Positions 62,380-64,000 of a stretch of 64,000 nucleotides of DNA are shown one piece after another. The stretch is from Candidatus Poribacteria bacterium (GTDB taxonomy: Bacteria; Poribacteria; WGA-4E; WGA-3G), in NCBI GenBank assembly GCA_963663765.2, contig CAXXUA010000005.1:384001-448000 (forward strand). Reading direction: 5' to 3'. Position 1 is the stretch's first letter. Each line of letters opens with the position of its first letter. The notes beneath the pieces were generated by a model that saw only the letters and a program-made list of their open reading frames with translations, had not been told where the DNA came from and ran no database searches. Position numbers and translations under genes: made by a program.

Positions 62380-63999
62380 TCATTTCTTCTTCAATTCACC
62401 CCATAGGACAGCTGCCTTGTCCTTAGCTTGGACACTCAAACTTCCCGGAAGTGGAGCAGTACTTTCCGCTACCATGAAATTATCCATTACAAAATGTGCA
62501 ATTGGGACTTCAGATGTATAAACTATAAGACCGAGACAATCAATCGTAGGAAGGTTTGGTTCCTTAAACTCCAAGAGATGTTTTCCCTCAGACAACAATT
62601 CAAAATGTCCCTTATTAAAGACAATTTCTATATTATTTAGATTATCATATTTAACATCTGGTGCATCCTTGAATTCAATTGCAGACCAAATTGATTTGTG
62701 AAGAAATTTATAGGTGCGACGAGCTGTTCCTATTCCGTTTTCGTCATATTGGCCGATGAGAATTCCAACATTAGCGTTATGTGCTTCAAGGACATCAACT
62801 TTCACGCGAAGTTCTTCAGTATTTATGGGAAATCCAGAAAATACCATTTCATATTTTTGCCTGATTGCATGGGATTGTAGAGGTTGAACCCATACATCCA
62901 AAACTCCATCTTTCGCTTGCCAAGTGGATCTTTTTGTATCCGTTTGATGTTTTGGTTGTGTCCATGAATTAAGATTATCATCACTAAAACGTTCAACCCA
63001 AACGCCATCAATTGCAATTGGTTTATCATCACTGTTATCTTCAGGAACTTCTTTTGGAATTCTAAATGTGGAAACAGATGGACCGGAAATTTCAAAATCG
63101 TCCAGAGTTACAGTAGCGTTGTTGCCACAACTTTTTGGAAAAACAACAATTCCAAGGTAATCTATTGTTTTAAGTCTGGAACGGAAGTCAGTAATATATT
63201 CTCCATCTGAATGGAGATAGAATTGTCCACGATCAAACACTACATCAATTTCTGATAGGTTAAAACCAATCGTTGGTATCCCATTATTCATCACATTATC
63301 TGGTCCGCCTATGGTATGATTTGTGAATAGATATGCGTGTTGCATCACTTGATCATATAAACTGTTCGGTTTGTTCCCGATAAAGAGACCGGCATTTGCA
63401 TTTTCTGTATCAAGGATTTTCAGTTTGACACGTAACTGTTCAGCATCTATTGGAAATGCGGTAAATTCATAACTGTAATTTGTACTATATGCTAAGAAAT
63501 CATTGAGATTCAATCTGCCGTTACAGAAGGGTTGTGTTTGTACGTCGAACTGTCCGTGTTTTACTTGCCATTTGACTCTTTCACGTTGATGTTCACGTCT
63601 TGTCCAAGATTCCAGATCGTCATCATTGAAATCTTCAGTCCATGTTTTTACGTTCGGTCCAGTAAAACCTTCAGGAAATTCCGGTGGTACATTTTCTTGT
63701 AAGGGTGAGATATTCCAGAGTCTAATTTGGTTATCACTACCAACACTTGCGAGGAGGTTGCCATTTGGACTGAAAGCCACATCATAGACCGTTTCCTCAT
63801 CCATACTTAGGGTATTCAAAAGAGTTCCTCTGTTTGTGTCCCATAGGTTGATTCCGCCGCTGTCCTTGCCGCATGCGAGTATCTTCCCATCAGGACTAAA
63901 AGCAACGCACAACATAATTCTACCGATTTCTCTTGGAAAACTTCGCACTAATTCACCTGTGTGACCATCCCATAAATCTATTCCATTCCAACCTGCACT
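62380..63999 (-). CDS. WD40-repeat protein with a duplicated beta-sandwich domain and lineage-type C-terminal tail (5' end outside window)
   Basis: Frame stays open to the window edge (..SAGWNGIDLWDGHTGELVRSF..); WD40 'VAFSPDG'; two copies of 'W.E.F.DD.L.SW..W..K.G..DV'; tail 'SVQAKDKAAVLWGELKKK'. Confidence 0.85.
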   Translation of the reverse strand, partial: SAGWNGIDLWDGHTGELVRSFPREIGRIMLCVAFSPDGKILACGKDSGGINLWDTNRGTLLNTLSMDEETVYDVAFSPNGNLLASVGSDNQIRLWNISPLQENVPPEFPEGFTGPNVKTWTEDFNDDDLESWTRREHQRERVKWQVKHGQFDVQTQPFCNGRLNLNDFLAYSTNYSYEFTAFPIDAEQLRVKLKILDTENANAGLFIGNKPNSLYDQVMQHAYLFTNHTIGGPDNVMNNGIPTIGFNLSEIDVVFDRGQFYLHSDGEYITDFRSRLKTIDYLGIVVFPKSCGNNATVTLDDFEISGPSVSTFRIPKEVPEDNSDDKPIAIDGVWVERFSDDNLNSWTQPKHQTDTKRSTWQAKDGVLDVWVQPLQSHAIRQKYEMVFSGFPINTEELRVKVDVLEAHNANVGILIGQYDENGIGTARRTYKFLHKSIWSAIEFKDAPDVKYDNLNNIEIVFNKGHFELLSEGKHLLEFKEPNLPTIDCLGLIVYTSEVPIAHFVMDNFMVAESTAPLPGSLSVQAKDKAAVLWGELKKK

Positions 64000-64000
64000 T

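Overview
Bacterial genomic window, most consistent with Candidatus Poribacteria or a relative. This is an inference from the C-terminal '..K(I/A)xxxW(A/G)xLK' tails, the expanded LRR/WD40/TPR/HEAT proteins, sulfatases, PhyH and dense intergenic repeats. It opens with a cytoplasmic stress-signalling cluster (USP, 4xPAS histidine kinase, single-domain response regulator, REC-PP2C phosphatase, convergent RsbV/RsbW pair). Next come a three-gene envelope operon (two solute-binding-protein/OmpA fusions flanking a membrane-anchored vWA protein, with no ABC permease or ATPase), a repeat-rich accessory islet with a putative ADP-ribosyltransferase-like/DUF6575 pair, and several secreted proteins. A tRNA-Ala-23S-5S rRNA unit lacks a linked 16S gene, has three tandem sigma70 promoters and carries an AU-rich expansion in 23S helix 45. 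Mobile elements include an IS1380-like element inserted into a REP-like palindrome, a TnpB-only IS200/IS605 element with recognisable ends, at least three MITE families with TSDs, GTAG-type REP-like palindromes and a ~35-bp hairpin module nested inside other repeats. Housekeeping genes include argS, mtnP, RNase Z, mazG, nfi, fused glyQS and glycerate kinase. All calls come from motif reading only; no searches were run.
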